A DNA stretch of 54,544 bases from Desulfovibrio sp. Dsv1 (lineage in GTDB: Bacteria; Desulfobacterota; Desulfovibrionia; Desulfovibrionales; Desulfovibrionaceae). The notes beneath the pieces are model-generated. The model ran no database searches, had not been told where the DNA came from, and saw only the letters and a program-made list of their open reading frames with translations. Positions within the stretch are counted from its first letter, which is position 1; each line of letters opens with the position of its first letter. The stretch is taken from contig APFI01000050.1 of the NCBI GenBank assembly GCA_000403945.1, positions 1-54,544 of the forward strand, in the 5' to 3' direction. Positions 26,973-38,948 of the stretch are shown here, piece by piece. Made by a program: the position numbers and the translations under genes.

Positions 26973-27386
26973 ATGGCCCGCAAAAAAAATACATCCATCT
27001 ATGTGGCCGCACTGCTCCTTTTCCTAGGCGGCGTGGGCTATCTGGCCTATTCCGGTTTTTCGGAAAACACCGTTTATTTTCTGAACGTGGCCGAAGCCAA
27101 GGCCGCCACGCCGGACAAGCTGACCGCTGCCCGGCTGTTTGGCACTGTAGCCTCTCAGGGCATTGAAAAACACCGGGGCGGGCCGGGCGTCACCTTCAGC
27201 CTCGAAGACAAGGACAACGCCAGCCAGACCATTGTGGTCAGCTACAGCGGGGCCGTGCCGGACACCTTCAAGGCCGGGGCGGAAGTCATTGTGGAAGGGG
27301 GCATGGGACCGGAGGGCCGCTTCGCGGCCAAGACCCTGATGACCAAGTGTCCTTCCAAGTACCAGAAGGAAAACCGCAAAAGTTAG
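26973..27386 (+). CDS. ccmE: Cytochrome c maturation heme chaperone CcmE (CxxxY type)
   Basis: PDTFK.GAEVIVEG, MTKCPSKY. Confidence 0.93.
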   Translation: MARKKNTSIYVAALLLFLGGVGYLAYSGFSENTVYFLNVAEAKAATPDKLTAARLFGTVASQGIEKHRGGPGVTFSLEDKDNASQTIVVSYSGAVPDTFKAGAEVIVEGGMGPEGRFAAKTLMTKCPSKYQKENRKS

Positions 27387-27400
27387 CCTCACACGGCCGA

Positions 27401-27422
27401 GCGCCCCCAACGGGGCGTTTTT
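27401..27422 (+). terminator. Hairpin plus T run between ccmE and ccmF
   Basis: CGCCCC-CAAC-GGGGCG-TTTTT. Confidence 0.4.
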
Positions 27423-27483
27423 GCAGTCTTGCCGCGAAGTCCGCCACAGGCTTTGCGCCGTTATCCACGCCTAAAGGAGACTC

Positions 27484-29406
<1,923 letters not shown>

Positions 29407-29423
29407 AGCCGGGAGGCCCGCCC

Positions 29424-30119
29424 ATGCTTGAGCTCGACCGCGTCGCCAAACTCTACGGTGCCAAAGTGGTCTTTAAGGATGTGAGCTGCGCCTTCGCGGC
29501 GGGTAGCGTCTCGCTGCTGGCGGGTGACAACGGCGCGGGCAAGAGCACTCTGATGCGGATTATGGCCGGGCTTTCCCGGCCCAGCGCGGGCAAGGTGCGC
29601 CTGGCGGAGTCCGGCCCGCACGCGGGAGGTCCGCGTCTGGGCTATCTGGGGCACGCCACCTTTCTCTATCCCGGTCTTACGGCCCTGGAAAATCTGGCCT
29701 TCTGGCGTACGGCCCACGGCCTGCGCCTGTCCGGGGCCGGACTGTCGGCCATGCTGGAGCGGGTGGGTCTAGCGGACCACGCCCATGAGCGCGCGGGAAT
29801 TTTTTCACGCGGTATGGCCCAGCGCCTCAATCTGGCGCGCGCGCTCATGCTGGAACCGGACCTGCTGCTGCTGGATGAGCCGGGAACCGGCCTGGACGCG
29901 GCTTCTCTGGCTTTTCTACGCCGCGAGATAACGGCCGCCCGTCAACGCGGGGCCTGCGTGGCGCTCATCAGCCACGATCTGGCCGGGGACGCGCCCCTAG
30001 CCGACCGCCTGCTGCTCTTGGCCGACCGCAAGCTGGCCTATGACGGCCCACCGGCAGCCTTTGCCGGTTTGGACGCGCCTGCGGGCGCAACCGGGGGGGA
30101 AGGCGTATGCTGCGCCTGA
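29424..30119 (+). CDS. ccmA: Heme exporter ATPase CcmA
   Basis: GDNGAGKST, FSRGM, LLLDEP; operon position. Confidence 0.9.
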   Translation: MLELDRVAKLYGAKVVFKDVSCAFAAGSVSLLAGDNGAGKSTLMRIMAGLSRPSAGKVRLAESGPHAGGPRLGYLGHATFLYPGLTALENLAFWRTAHGLRLSGAGLSAMLERVGLADHAHERAGIFSRGMAQRLNLARALMLEPDLLLLDEPGTGLDAASLAFLRREITAARQRGACVALISHDLAGDAPLADRLLLLADRKLAYDGPPAAFAGLDAPAGATGGEGVCCA

Positions 30120-30784
30120 CCTTGGCCGTGGCCCGCAAAGATCTTGCTCTGACCCTAGCCCGGGGCAGCGGCCTGATCCAGGCACTTTTGCTCGGCCTGC
30201 TGCTGCTTTTTGTGTTCAGCCTGTCCCAGGGCATCGGCGAACGCATGAGCCCGCAGGCCGCAGCGGCGGTGTTCTGGCTGAGCTCGGCCTTCTGCCAAGT
30301 ATTGATCTTCAACCAGCTCTATGCTCTGGAAGAAGTCAACAACGCCCGTCTCGGCCTGCTGCTCTGCCCCGCGCCCATTCAGGGCGTCTGGCTGGGCAAG
30401 GCGCTGGCGGGCCTGCTGCTCCTGCTGCTGGCCCAGATCATTTTTCTACCCGCGTCCGTGATTTTTCTGGGGCAGGACATCGGCGGCCCCCTTCTGCCGG
30501 GCCTGGCGGCCCTGCTGCTGGCGGACTTGGGCATGTGCGCCCTGGGTTCACTACTGGGCGCGCTGGCGCAGGGTCAGGCAGCGCGCGAATCGTTGCTGAG
30601 CATCGTATTGTTTCCACTGTTCACGCCACTGCTGCTCTCCGGCATCGGCGTGGGCGCGCAGACCCTGGGGGCCGCCTCTCCGGACGGGCCGGGCGGCTGG
30701 CTGGGCGTGGCCTGCGCCTTTGACGCGCTTTTTCTGGGGGGCGGGCTGCTGCTGTTCAGCTTCATCTACACGGGGGACGAATAA
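30107..30784 (+). CDS. ccmB: Heme exporter permease CcmB
   Basis: RKDL, multi-TM, RESLLSIVLFPL. Confidence 0.9.
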   Translation: MLRLTLAVARKDLALTLARGSGLIQALLLGLLLLFVFSLSQGIGERMSPQAAAAVFWLSSAFCQVLIFNQLYALEEVNNARLGLLLCPAPIQGVWLGKALAGLLLLLLAQIIFLPASVIFLGQDIGGPLLPGLAALLLADLGMCALGSLLGALAQGQAARESLLSIVLFPLFTPLLLSGIGVGAQTLGAASPDGPGGWLGVACAFDALFLGGGLLLFSFIYTGDE

Positions 30785-31456
30785 ATGCCGCAACTTCTCG
30801 TCCTGTTGGGAGGACTGGCCTTTGCCTGCTGCCAGTGGCTGATCCATTTCTATGCCCCGGAAGAGGTCACGTTGGGTCTGATCCAGAAGATTTTCTATAT
30901 CCACATGCCCTTGGCCTGGTGGGCGTTGATCAGTTTTTTCACTGTTTTTCTGGCTTCCGTGGCCTACCTGCTGCGCCGCCATCCCAGCGCGGACAGGCTC
31001 TGTGCCGCCGCCGCCGAGGTGGGCGTGCTGCTCAGTGGCTTGGCGCTGGTCACCGGGATGCTCTGGGCCCGCAAGTCTTGGGGCGTCTGGTGGACTTGGG
31101 ACCCGCGCCTGAGCACCACACTGATCATGTGGTTCGTCTACACGGGCTATCTGGTGTTGCGCGGCCTTGAGCTGCCGCAACAGCGCAAAAGCTTGGTCTG
31201 TGCGGTGGTGAGCGTGGTGGCCTTTCTGGACGTGCCCCTAGTCTTTATTTCGGCCCGGATCTGGCGCTCCGTTCATCCGGCGGTCTTCGCCGCCAAGGGC
31301 GGCGGCCTGGAACCGGAAATGAAGATCACGGTCATCGCCTGCGTACTTTCCTTCGGCATGCTCTGGGCAGGGCTGGTCTGGCTGCGCAAACGCCAGCTTG
31401 ACCTGCGCGCCCGCCTCGACGCCCTGGCAGCCAATGCTGACAACCCGGCCGCGTAA
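30785..31456 (+). CDS. ccmC: Heme exporter CcmC
   Basis: IFYIHMP, WGVWWTWDPRL, RSVHP. Confidence 0.95.
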   Translation: MPQLLVLLGGLAFACCQWLIHFYAPEEVTLGLIQKIFYIHMPLAWWALISFFTVFLASVAYLLRRHPSADRLCAAAAEVGVLLSGLALVTGMLWARKSWGVWWTWDPRLSTTLIMWFVYTGYLVLRGLELPQQRKSLVCAVVSVVAFLDVPLVFISARIWRSVHPAVFAAKGGGLEPEMKITVIACVLSFGMLWAGLVWLRKRQLDLRARLDALAANADNPAA

Positions 31457-31477
31457 CGCGCTCTCTACGGAGGACAT

Positions 31478-31615
31478 ATGGATACTCTTACCTGGATCGT
31501 CATCGCCAATGCCGCCGTCTGGATCGGCCTCGGCACCTACCTGGCCTTTCTGGCCGCGCAACAGCGCGCTCTGGCAGCCCGCCTGACCCAATGGGAGATG
31601 CTTAACCATGATTGA
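31478..31615 (+). CDS. ccmD: CcmD (45 aa, below ORF-track cutoff)
   Basis: GGAGG RBS; MDTLTWIVIANAAVWIGLGTYLAFLAAQQRALAARLTQWEMLNHD. Confidence 0.85.
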   Translation: MDTLTWIVIANAAVWIGLGTYLAFLAAQQRALAARLTQWEMLNHD

Positions 31616-32291
31616 TCTGCCCAAGCTCAACGGCCCGGCGCACGCCTTGGTCCTGCTGCTGGCCTTAGCTCTGGCCGCCATGCTGGTGATTTCCCTCACG
31701 GAGCGCTTCCGCAATCCGTACCTCACCGTTATTCGGGACGCGCCCCAAGCTCCCGCAGGTATGGGCGATGCCGTGGGCATGCTCATGCAGGAAGTGGCCA
31801 AGGATCCCAAAAACGTGGACGTCATGGTCCACCTGGCCGAAGCCCTGATGAGCGCCCAGAACTGGGAGGCTGCGGAAACCTTCACCCAGCGCGCCATGAC
31901 CCTGGATCTGGACAATCCCCAGCCACTCTATCTGCTGGGCGTCATCAAGCACAATCAGGGCAAACACAAAGAGGCCGCCGAGCTTCTGGAAAAGGTGGTA
32001 GCCCTGCACGACAACGCCTCGGCGCGCTACAGCTTGGGCGTGCTCTACATCCATTTTCTCCACGATCCCAAGCGCGGGGTGGCGCATCTGAGCGCGGGGC
32101 TGCATGATCCTAAGGCCAGCGAAGACCTCAAGAAGGGCATCCGCGAAGAACTGGAAAAAGCCCCTCTGCCCCATGCGGGGGACGCCGAAATAGTGCAGCC
32201 GGAACCCCGGAATCAACAGCCTCAGGCGAGCGCGCCCGCCAAAACCGAAAAAAAAGTCAAGAAAACCAGCGAAAAGGGCACGCGGCCCTGA
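31608..32291 (+). CDS. TPR protein, CcmI/CycH-like
   Basis: N-terminal TM, TPR repeats, overlaps ccmD. Confidence 0.8.
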   Translation: MIDLPKLNGPAHALVLLLALALAAMLVISLTERFRNPYLTVIRDAPQAPAGMGDAVGMLMQEVAKDPKNVDVMVHLAEALMSAQNWEAAETFTQRAMTLDLDNPQPLYLLGVIKHNQGKHKEAAELLEKVVALHDNASARYSLGVLYIHFLHDPKRGVAHLSAGLHDPKASEDLKKGIREELEKAPLPHAGDAEIVQPEPRNQQPQASAPAKTEKKVKKTSEKGTRP

Positions 32292-32458
32292 TCCGCGCCC
32301 CACACGTCGCGTTGCCAGGCCCGCTTCTTGTCCATAAGTTGCGGGCTTGCCTCTTTTTTTTTCAGGTTGTAGGTTGGCTGCAAAGAGCATGGCCGTTCCC
32401 TAGGCCGGTTGGCGCATTTTGAGCCTTCACCACTGTATTGACTACCATTGAGGAGCAT

Positions 32459-33196
32459 ATGCCCCGCCGTAAAAGCAAGAAAAACCCCGAAGCCATGCCT
32501 GCGCGCTGTACCTCCGGCACCGCCTCCGTCCCCGAGCGGCGGGTGTCTTCCGGCATGCCCCAAGCGGATGCGCCCACCGGAATGGTGCGCAAAAGCGCCT
32601 GTCTCATGGGCATGCTGCTGACCTTGGCTCTGGGGCTGTATCTGGGCGGCCTGCTCAATGAGCACGTTCCGGCCGTGCCGCCGCATGCCGTCCCGATTCA
32701 GCAGGAAGCCGGGCCCCCGGCGTCTCCCGCGCCACAGGCGGCCCGGCCCGCACAGGACAATCAGCCGCCCATGCCGCCGGAACTGGTTCAGAAGATCACC
32801 GATCTGGAAAAAGCCCTGCTGACTAATCCCAAGGATGCCGCGCGCTGGACGGCCCTGGGCAATCTGTATTTTGACACGGGCCAGGCCAAACAGGCCATTT
32901 CAGCCTATGAACGCTCTCTGATGTTCGCGCCGGGCAATCCCGATGTGCTCACGGATCTGGGCATCATGTACCGTGAGGCCGGGGCCTACGAGCAGGCCGT
33001 GGACAGCTTCCGCAAAGCGACGGCCGCCAACCCTGGCCATGAAAACGCACTGTTCAACGAGGGCGTGGTGCTCTATTACGATCTGCACCGCAAAGATGAG
33101 GGCACGCGGGCTTGGCAACGCCTACTGAAGGTCAATCCCGGTGCCCGCTCACCCGACGGGCAGCCGGTGTCCGAGATGATCAAACATCTGCATTAA
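32459..33196 (+). CDS. Membrane-anchored TPR protein
   Basis: LGNLYFD, VLTDLGIMY, ALFNEG repeats; GAGGAG RBS. Confidence 0.85.
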   Translation: MPRRKSKKNPEAMPARCTSGTASVPERRVSSGMPQADAPTGMVRKSACLMGMLLTLALGLYLGGLLNEHVPAVPPHAVPIQQEAGPPASPAPQAARPAQDNQPPMPPELVQKITDLEKALLTNPKDAARWTALGNLYFDTGQAKQAISAYERSLMFAPGNPDVLTDLGIMYREAGAYEQAVDSFRKATAANPGHENALFNEGVVLYYDLHRKDEGTRAWQRLLKVNPGARSPDGQPVSEMIKHLH

Positions 33197-33286
33197 ATCC
33201 GTTGCGGAACAGACGGACGGCGCGTGGAGACGGAACCGCGCTGTCCGCGCGGCGGAAAGCCAGTTCACATGACAGGCGGAAACACT

Positions 33287-36200
33287 ATGGCATACATTCT
33301 TTCCGGCACGGCCCGCCCGCAGGTTCTGGTCGTTGTTTTCCTGTTGTACGCGATCTGTCTCGGATGGGGAGAGGGATCGCATGCCCAGACCATGTTGCCT
33401 GCCGCGCCGGGCGCGCCCAGCACCCCTCTTTTGCCCTACCTCGACTATCTGCTGGATGAAACCGGCACCATGTATGTGGAGGATGCCGCAGCCCCGGACA
33501 AAGCCGGAGACTACCGCTCCCTAGCGCTCAAGGATCTGCCGTGCGAAAGCGGGGTCATGTGGCTGCGCTTCACCTTGGCTCCTCTGCCCGAGGGAGCCAG
33601 GCCCGCCACCCTGCTGCTGGATATGGGCGAAAGCGTGCCCGGCATGCCCCTGCTCTACGAGTCTGTGGTCAACAGCCTGATCGGTGCGCTGGAGTGGCGC
33701 GAATCCGCCCCGGCCCAGCGCAATGTGCTCCTGCTGCCCGAAGCGGGCAAAGATGCCCAGACCTGCTATATCCGCTTGGACGGCCTGCCCGGCCTGTGGT
33801 TCGCGCCCATGCTGCGCACGCCGCAGAACGCCGCCGGCAACTGGGGCAGCCTGTCACGCACGGCGGCCATCTTGGCTCTGGGCGTAGTCATGCTGCTCTG
33901 CCTTTTGCGCGGTCTGTCCGAAAAAGGCCAGTGGCGCGTCTGGACGGCCCTGTACGTGGCTGTGGCTCTGGGCCAGGGTATTATGGGCATGCCCGCCTTC
34001 GGCTCCGGCCATATCGGACTGGGCGAATCCAAGGCCGTGCTGGCGCCGGGCGTGGCCCTGATGCTGTTGCCCCATGTGGGCCGCCACCTGATGCGCACGC
34101 GGGAGCGCTCCCGCGCCTTGGACATCCAGCTGTTGCTGCTCTCCCTGCCCGGCGCGGCTCTGGCCCTGTTGCCTCTTGTGCCGAACTTCGCCTGGCTGAC
34201 CCGCTATCTCGATCTCTGGCCTCTGGGAACCCTGCTGTTCGTGCCCACCGTGCTGGGAGCCTGGATCATGGGACTGGGCGGGGCCAAACGCTTTCTGCTG
34301 GGCTGCCTGCTGCCGCCGATCTTTGTGGCCGGGGGCATCCTGGGCCTGGACAGCGGCTTTGCCTCCAATCTGCTGGCTTCGGCCCCGCTCTGGGGCACGG
34401 CGCTCAGCGCCTTGCTCATCGCCGCCACCAGAGCGCCGCGCGACATGTCGGCGGAATACTCTGACGCGGACACGGCGGCCAGAAACGTGCAGGCCGAACC
34501 CGACGGCACCATCTCCCTGGACCAACCGCTGGACGACCCCAATCTGCGCTTGGTGCCCCCGGCTCCGGCCGCGCCTGATCCGCTGCCCGGGCCAGACAGC
34601 TCCGATTTCCTTTCGGACACTCTTGCGTCCAGTCTTCTGGAAGACGCCCTGCGTCCGCCCCTGGACCGCCTGATGCGCGAAGGCGCGGCTCTGGGACATT
34701 GCTCCCTGCCTCCGGCGGTGCGCCAGTATGCGGAAAACATGCTGGGCGCGGCCCGTGAACTGGCTGATATCATCAGCAATCCCCGGCAATTGAGCCCAGC
34801 ATGCTCCGCGCCGGAAACCGCCGCGCCTTTCAATCTCCAGCATCTGATGCGCGAAGCCCATGACGCTGTGGCCCCTGAGGCGGAAAGCGCGGGCATCGGC
34901 CTGGCCTGGTACATGCCGCCTCATCTGGGCCATCTGTACGAGGGCGAGGCCGGAGCCCTGAAAGAAACGCTCTGTCTGCTGTTGGAAAGCGCGGTGCGCG
35001 CCACACGGCACGGGGCCGTGCATTTTTCGGTGCGCCGCATGCCGGAAAGCGCCAATGCCGGACATCTGCTCTTTACAGTCACGGATACCGGTTCCGGCAT
35101 GCCGCCGCAGGACCGCTCCAGCCTGTCCCTGACCCGCGCCTGGGAGCTGGCTGGCGCGCACAAAGGCTTTCTGGGCATGGAATGCAGCCCGCACGGGGCC
35201 ACCATAGCCTTTACCCTGCATCTCAAATGCCTAGAGCGTGACGAGAACGAAACCTCGCCTGCGGAACGCAGACAGCCCTTGGTGCTGATCGCGGCGGAAA
35301 GCGCTCTGGACCGCCAGACCCTGGCCCGCATGCTGGAAAACCTGCCCTGCCGAAGCGCTGAAGCAAGCAGCCTAGCCGAAGCCCTGCACCAGCACAAGGG
35401 CGAGGCTGCCCTTTTGCTGGTAGCGCGGGGTAGTCTGGCCTCGCCCGCAGCGGGCAACATGCTGCGCCAGTTCCGCAAATTATCCGGCGACGCGGACCTG
35501 CCCCTGTTCAAAGCCTTGGCTGTCACGGAGGACGACAGCCAGTGGGATCAGCTGGCTGACGCCGGTTTTACCCATGCAATGCTGGAGCCTGTGGACAGCG
35601 AGGCTCTTTGCCAGACCGTGCGGGAAATTCTGGAAGCCGCAGCAGCGGCTGAAGACAAGCCCGATAACGCAACTGCGATCGAGGCAGCCGCTGACTCCGC
35701 CGCGACTGCCGGACAGGACACCGTATTGGCGTCTGACGCAGCCGCGCCCTCCGTTGCCAGCCCCGTTGCCGCGAACGCCAACGCCGCTGGCCGACCGCCT
35801 TTGCCTGATCTGTTCGGCAGCGAGGACAGCCACGGCGGTTCGCCCTTGAAAATTTCTGATCTCACGGCCCTGCCCGATCTGCTGAGTTTTGCGGAATCCC
35901 TGCGCGGCCCCTTGCTCGGCGCGGGAGCGGACAAGAAAACCCGCAAGCCTGAAGGCGGCCTGTTCAGCGATCTGCCGGAAAGCGACGGTCCCCTGCCAGA
36001 TATGGACCTGCCTCCGGCGGACGTCGGTCTGCCCTCTGTCAGCCGCTTGGGTGCGTCCAAAGACGCCGCACCCATGCCGGAAGACATCCCGACGGACCTC
36101 TTCGTCAATCCTTACGCGCCGGATGATCTGATTATGACCGCCGCGCCCGCGTCCACACCTGATACAGAAGAGGCCATGCACGAAAGCGGCACCGCTGCCG

Positions 36201-37639
36201 CTGCCGCGTCCGGCACTGCGGACGACGCCGTGCAGGCGGAATTTTTCGCTGCGGGGATGGAAGGTCCGGCCTGGGGCGCGGAAACCGCGCCGGAACCCGC
36301 CGCGACTACAGAAGAAAAGCGGTCCGAAAAGCCGGAAGAAAGTCATGTGGCCGCTGAAAGCGCAGGCATGGCGGTCGCCGTGCGGGATGCCGAAACCGCG
36401 CCGGAACCCACGGAAAAAGCAGATCCGTCGGAGAACCGCGCGTCTGCTGAGGAAAACCTGGAGGTTGCGGACACGCCGGAACCCGCCGTTGAGACGGACG
36501 ATTCCGCCGGATCCGCTCCCGTCACCACGCTCGAAACGGTTGAGGAAACAATACCCGTTGTGGACAAAACGCCCGCGCAGACTGCTACGACGGAAGTGCC
36601 GGAAAATCCCACGGAGACGGAGACTGAAGCGCCCCGTAAACCGGCCTTCCGGCCCGTCACTTTTCCCGAAGTCAAACCGAGCGCAACGATCAGCGTCAGC
36701 GCCGCCTTTACCAGCCCCAGCCTGAACGCGCTCGGTGAATGGGTGGGTGAACCCGTACCCATCGGCAACCCCGCGCCTTCCCGTCCGCAGGAGCAGGACA
36801 AGGAAGCCGCCCCCCGGACGGAAAGCCTGTCCCGGCAGAAGATCTCTCAAAACACAGTACAGGGCACAGTGCGGCGCGGACCGCGCATCACGTTCAGGTC
36901 CGCCCCGGCTCCAGCCAAGACCGTCGGCCGTCCGGGCAGCGCGGAGGACACGCGAAAAAGCGTCTACACCAGCCCCAGCCTGCGCGTCCCCGGCGAGTGG
37001 GTGGGCGAACCCATGCCCATTTCCCAGAAGACGGTTCCCGCCACCCCGCAATCCGCACCCGCTTTTCAGCCGACGACGTCTTTCCCCGCCGCCTCCCGTG
37101 TAACGGAGGAAGCGCAAAAGGCCCAGCTCGCGCCGTCCGCGAACGATGACGTTCCGGCGAGTGAAAGTGCCTTGGGCGGATCCATTATGGACTTTATCGC
37201 CAGCGCCGAACCCGTAAAAAAGGACACACCGCCCTTGGCGACGCTTATCGCGGAAGTTTCCGGCCCCGCGCCGACGCCTCTGGCGAGCCCGGCGGGAGAA
37301 TCCCACTGGCCGGACGAACTCGCGTCGACGCCTGCGGCCGTGTCGCAACATTCGCAACCGGGTCCGGACAAGACCATCCTGCAACTGGTGGACCGCCTGG
37401 ACGCGGCCATTGAGGACGCCCAACATGCTTTCCAGATCCGGCGCGGTCCGTTGGTGGGCGAGGCCGCCGGGCGTATCGCGGCGGAATCGGACGCTTTCGG
37501 TTTTCGGGTGCTGGCCCGCATGGCCCGTTGTGTGGAGCGGGCGGCCAAAGCCAACGACATGAACGCGCTTAAGGATCTGCTGCCCGAACTGGCTGTGGCA
37601 GTGGAACGTAACCGCATTGCGCTGACCCCGCGCAAGTAA
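33287..37639 (+). CDS. Large membrane protein resembling a degenerate hybrid sensor kinase (multi-TM, HATPase-like, REC-like, acidic linker, Hpt-like)
   Basis: FTVTDTGSGM G1 box, PFNL..L, TM bundle, C-terminal helical bundle; phospho-acceptor motifs not recognisable. Confidence 0.7.
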   Translation: MAYILSGTARPQVLVVVFLLYAICLGWGEGSHAQTMLPAAPGAPSTPLLPYLDYLLDETGTMYVEDAAAPDKAGDYRSLALKDLPCESGVMWLRFTLAPLPEGARPATLLLDMGESVPGMPLLYESVVNSLIGALEWRESAPAQRNVLLLPEAGKDAQTCYIRLDGLPGLWFAPMLRTPQNAAGNWGSLSRTAAILALGVVMLLCLLRGLSEKGQWRVWTALYVAVALGQGIMGMPAFGSGHIGLGESKAVLAPGVALMLLPHVGRHLMRTRERSRALDIQLLLLSLPGAALALLPLVPNFAWLTRYLDLWPLGTLLFVPTVLGAWIMGLGGAKRFLLGCLLPPIFVAGGILGLDSGFASNLLASAPLWGTALSALLIAATRAPRDMSAEYSDADTAARNVQAEPDGTISLDQPLDDPNLRLVPPAPAAPDPLPGPDSSDFLSDTLASSLLEDALRPPLDRLMREGAALGHCSLPPAVRQYAENMLGAARELADIISNPRQLSPACSAPETAAPFNLQHLMREAHDAVAPEAESAGIGLAWYMPPHLGHLYEGEAGALKETLCLLLESAVRATRHGAVHFSVRRMPESANAGHLLFTVTDTGSGMPPQDRSSLSLTRAWELAGAHKGFLGMECSPHGATIAFTLHLKCLERDENETSPAERRQPLVLIAAESALDRQTLARMLENLPCRSAEASSLAEALHQHKGEAALLLVARGSLASPAAGNMLRQFRKLSGDADLPLFKALAVTEDDSQWDQLADAGFTHAMLEPVDSEALCQTVREILEAAAAAEDKPDNATAIEAAADSAATAGQDTVLASDAAAPSVASPVAANANAAGRPPLPDLFGSEDSHGGSPLKISDLTALPDLLSFAESLRGPLLGAGADKKTRKPEGGLFSDLPESDGPLPDMDLPPADVGLPSVSRLGASKDAAPMPEDIPTDLFVNPYAPDDLIMTAAPASTPDTEEAMHESGTAAAAASGTADDAVQAEFFAAGMEGPAWGAETAPEPAATTEEKRSEKPEESHVAAESAGMAVAVRDAETAPEPTEKADPSENRASAEENLEVADTPEPAVETDDSAGSAPVTTLETVEETIPVVDKTPAQTATTEVPENPTETETEAPRKPAFRPVTFPEVKPSATISVSAAFTSPSLNALGEWVGEPVPIGNPAPSRPQEQDKEAAPRTESLSRQKISQNTVQGTVRRGPRITFRSAPAPAKTVGRPGSAEDTRKSVYTSPSLRVPGEWVGEPMPISQKTVPATPQSAPAFQPTTSFPAASRVTEEAQKAQLAPSANDDVPASESALGGSIMDFIASAEPVKKDTPPLATLIAEVSGPAPTPLASPAGESHWPDELASTPAAVSQHSQPGPDKTILQLVDRLDAAIEDAQHAFQIRRGPLVGEAAGRIAAESDAFGFRVLARMARCVERAAKANDMNALKDLLPELAVAVERNRIALTPRK

Positions 37640-37676
37640 AAAAGCGCTGCCCACAGGGACAGCGCCTCTCAAAAAA
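37640..37676. terminator. Hairpin between convergent genes
   Basis: GCGCTG..CAGCGC stem flanked by A tracts. Confidence 0.55.
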
Positions 37677-37689
37677 CTGGAAGGCCGGT

Positions 37690-38073
37690 CTACGGATGGC
37701 ACTTAGACTTGGCGCAGCCGGTGAGATCCTTCTTCAGATCGGGCTGGTCGGCCACGACCTTGGTGTGGCATTCCAGACAGGTCTGATGCTTGAGACCAGT
37801 CTTGGTGTGGACCACATAGAAAAGGCTCTTTTCGCCCTTCTTGGCGGTCAGGTCGTCATGGCAGCCCGCAGTGGCGCATTTCTGGAAGTTCTCCTTGTCC
37901 TGCACCGGGTGGTGACAGGTCACGCACTCCACTTTTTGGTGAGGGGCGTGGGGGAACATCACGGTTTTCTTGGATCCCTTGAACTCCAGCGGCTTGTCGG
38001 GCACGGGCGGCTGGGCCGCCAGAGCGGGCAGAGCCAGTGTCAGGATAGCGGCGAGAAACAGGAATTTTTTCAT
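37690..38073 (-). CDS. cycA: Tetraheme cytochrome c3
   Basis: Signal peptide; CVTCHH, CATAGCH, CLECH, CAKSKCH; AGGAGG RBS. Confidence 0.97.
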   Translation of the reverse strand: MKKFLFLAAILTLALPALAAQPPVPDKPLEFKGSKKTVMFPHAPHQKVECVTCHHPVQDKENFQKCATAGCHDDLTAKKGEKSLFYVVHTKTGLKHQTCLECHTKVVADQPDLKKDLTGCAKSKCHP

Positions 38074-38117
38074 GGCGGACTTCCTCCTTGACAAAGCGGC
38101 ACATGAGAATTGAACGG

Positions 38118-38146
38118 AGCTTACGTCGCCGGGCATACCGTGTCAA
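38118..38146 (-). promoter_or_regulatory. Sigma70 promoter of cytochrome c3
   Basis: TTGACA-17-TAAGCT. Confidence 0.7.
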
Positions 38147-38156
38147 TGGGACGCGC

Positions 38157-38171
38157 TGAAAACAGTTTTCA
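38157..38171. promoter_or_regulatory. Perfect palindrome TGAAAAC-A-GTTTTCA, Fur-box-like
   Basis: 7-1-7 inverted repeat 10 nt upstream of the -35. Confidence 0.55.
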
Positions 38172-38186
38172 ACTTACCGTCGCGGG

Positions 38187-38948
38187 TCAGGAACGCTTTT
38201 TGCTAGCGTAGCCGCGCGGAGTCAGCAGGTAGTAGGGGCCAAGCGCGCGGCTTTCGCTGTTGCCGATGATCAGCAGGGAAAACATGTCCACCCGGCTTTC
38301 GTCAAAGCCGGCCAGCGCATGCACGGAAACTTCCTGGCCGGGCCGGAAAGCCTTGCGCACCAGCCCAACCGGACAGTCAGGCCGCCGGAAGCGCCGGGCC
38401 TCGGCCAGGGCCTGGCCCAACTGGTGCGGCCGCCCCTTGGAACGCGGGTTGTAGATGACACAGACGAAATCCGCTTCCAGCGCCGCGCTGAGCCGCCGCT
38501 GAATGGTTTTCCAAGGGGTGAGCAGATCGCTCAGGCTGATGCAGGCGAAATCGTGAGTCAGGGGCGCGCCCAGCAAAGCCGCCGCCGCACAGACCGCAGG
38601 CACGCCGGGCACCACGCTCAGGGGGACGCGCTCAAGCAGGTCGCGTGCCGCCAGAATTTCCAGAACCAGTCCGGCCAAGGCGTAAATGCCGGGGTCGCCG
38701 GAGCAGACCAGGGCTGTGGGCCGACCGGCCAGGGCCGCGTTCACGGCAGCGGCGCAACGTTCTTCCTCATGGCGCATGCCGGTGCTGATGACGGTTTTGT
38801 CGCGCAGCAGTTCTGGCGGTACCAGATCCAGATAGAGCTGATACCCGGCGATGCATTGGGCCCGGTCCAAGGCCGCGCGGGCTTGGGGTGTAAGGCAGCG
38901 GGCGTCGCCCGGTCCCAAGCCCACCACGTAAAGGGGCGCGTTGTTCAT
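38187..38948 (-). CDS. cobJ: Precorrin-3B C17-methyltransferase
   Basis: VVGLGPGD, SGDPGIY, ISLSDLLTPW, YNPRS, TPRGY. Confidence 0.95.
   Translation of the reverse strand: MNNAPLYVVGLGPGDARCLTPQARAALDRAQCIAGYQLYLDLVPPELLRDKTVISTGMRHEEERCAAAVNAALAGRPTALVCSGDPGIYALAGLVLEILAARDLLERVPLSVVPGVPAVCAAAALLGAPLTHDFACISLSDLLTPWKTIQRRLSAALEADFVCVIYNPRSKGRPHQLGQALAEARRFRRPDCPVGLVRKAFRPGQEVSVHALAGFDESRVDMFSLLIIGNSESRALGPYYLLTPRGYASKKRS

Noticed and set aside
33854..37702. Long minus-strand ORFs (455 and 740 aa) and similar shadow ORFs throughout
   Set aside because: Antisense shadows of GC-rich genes with no motifs
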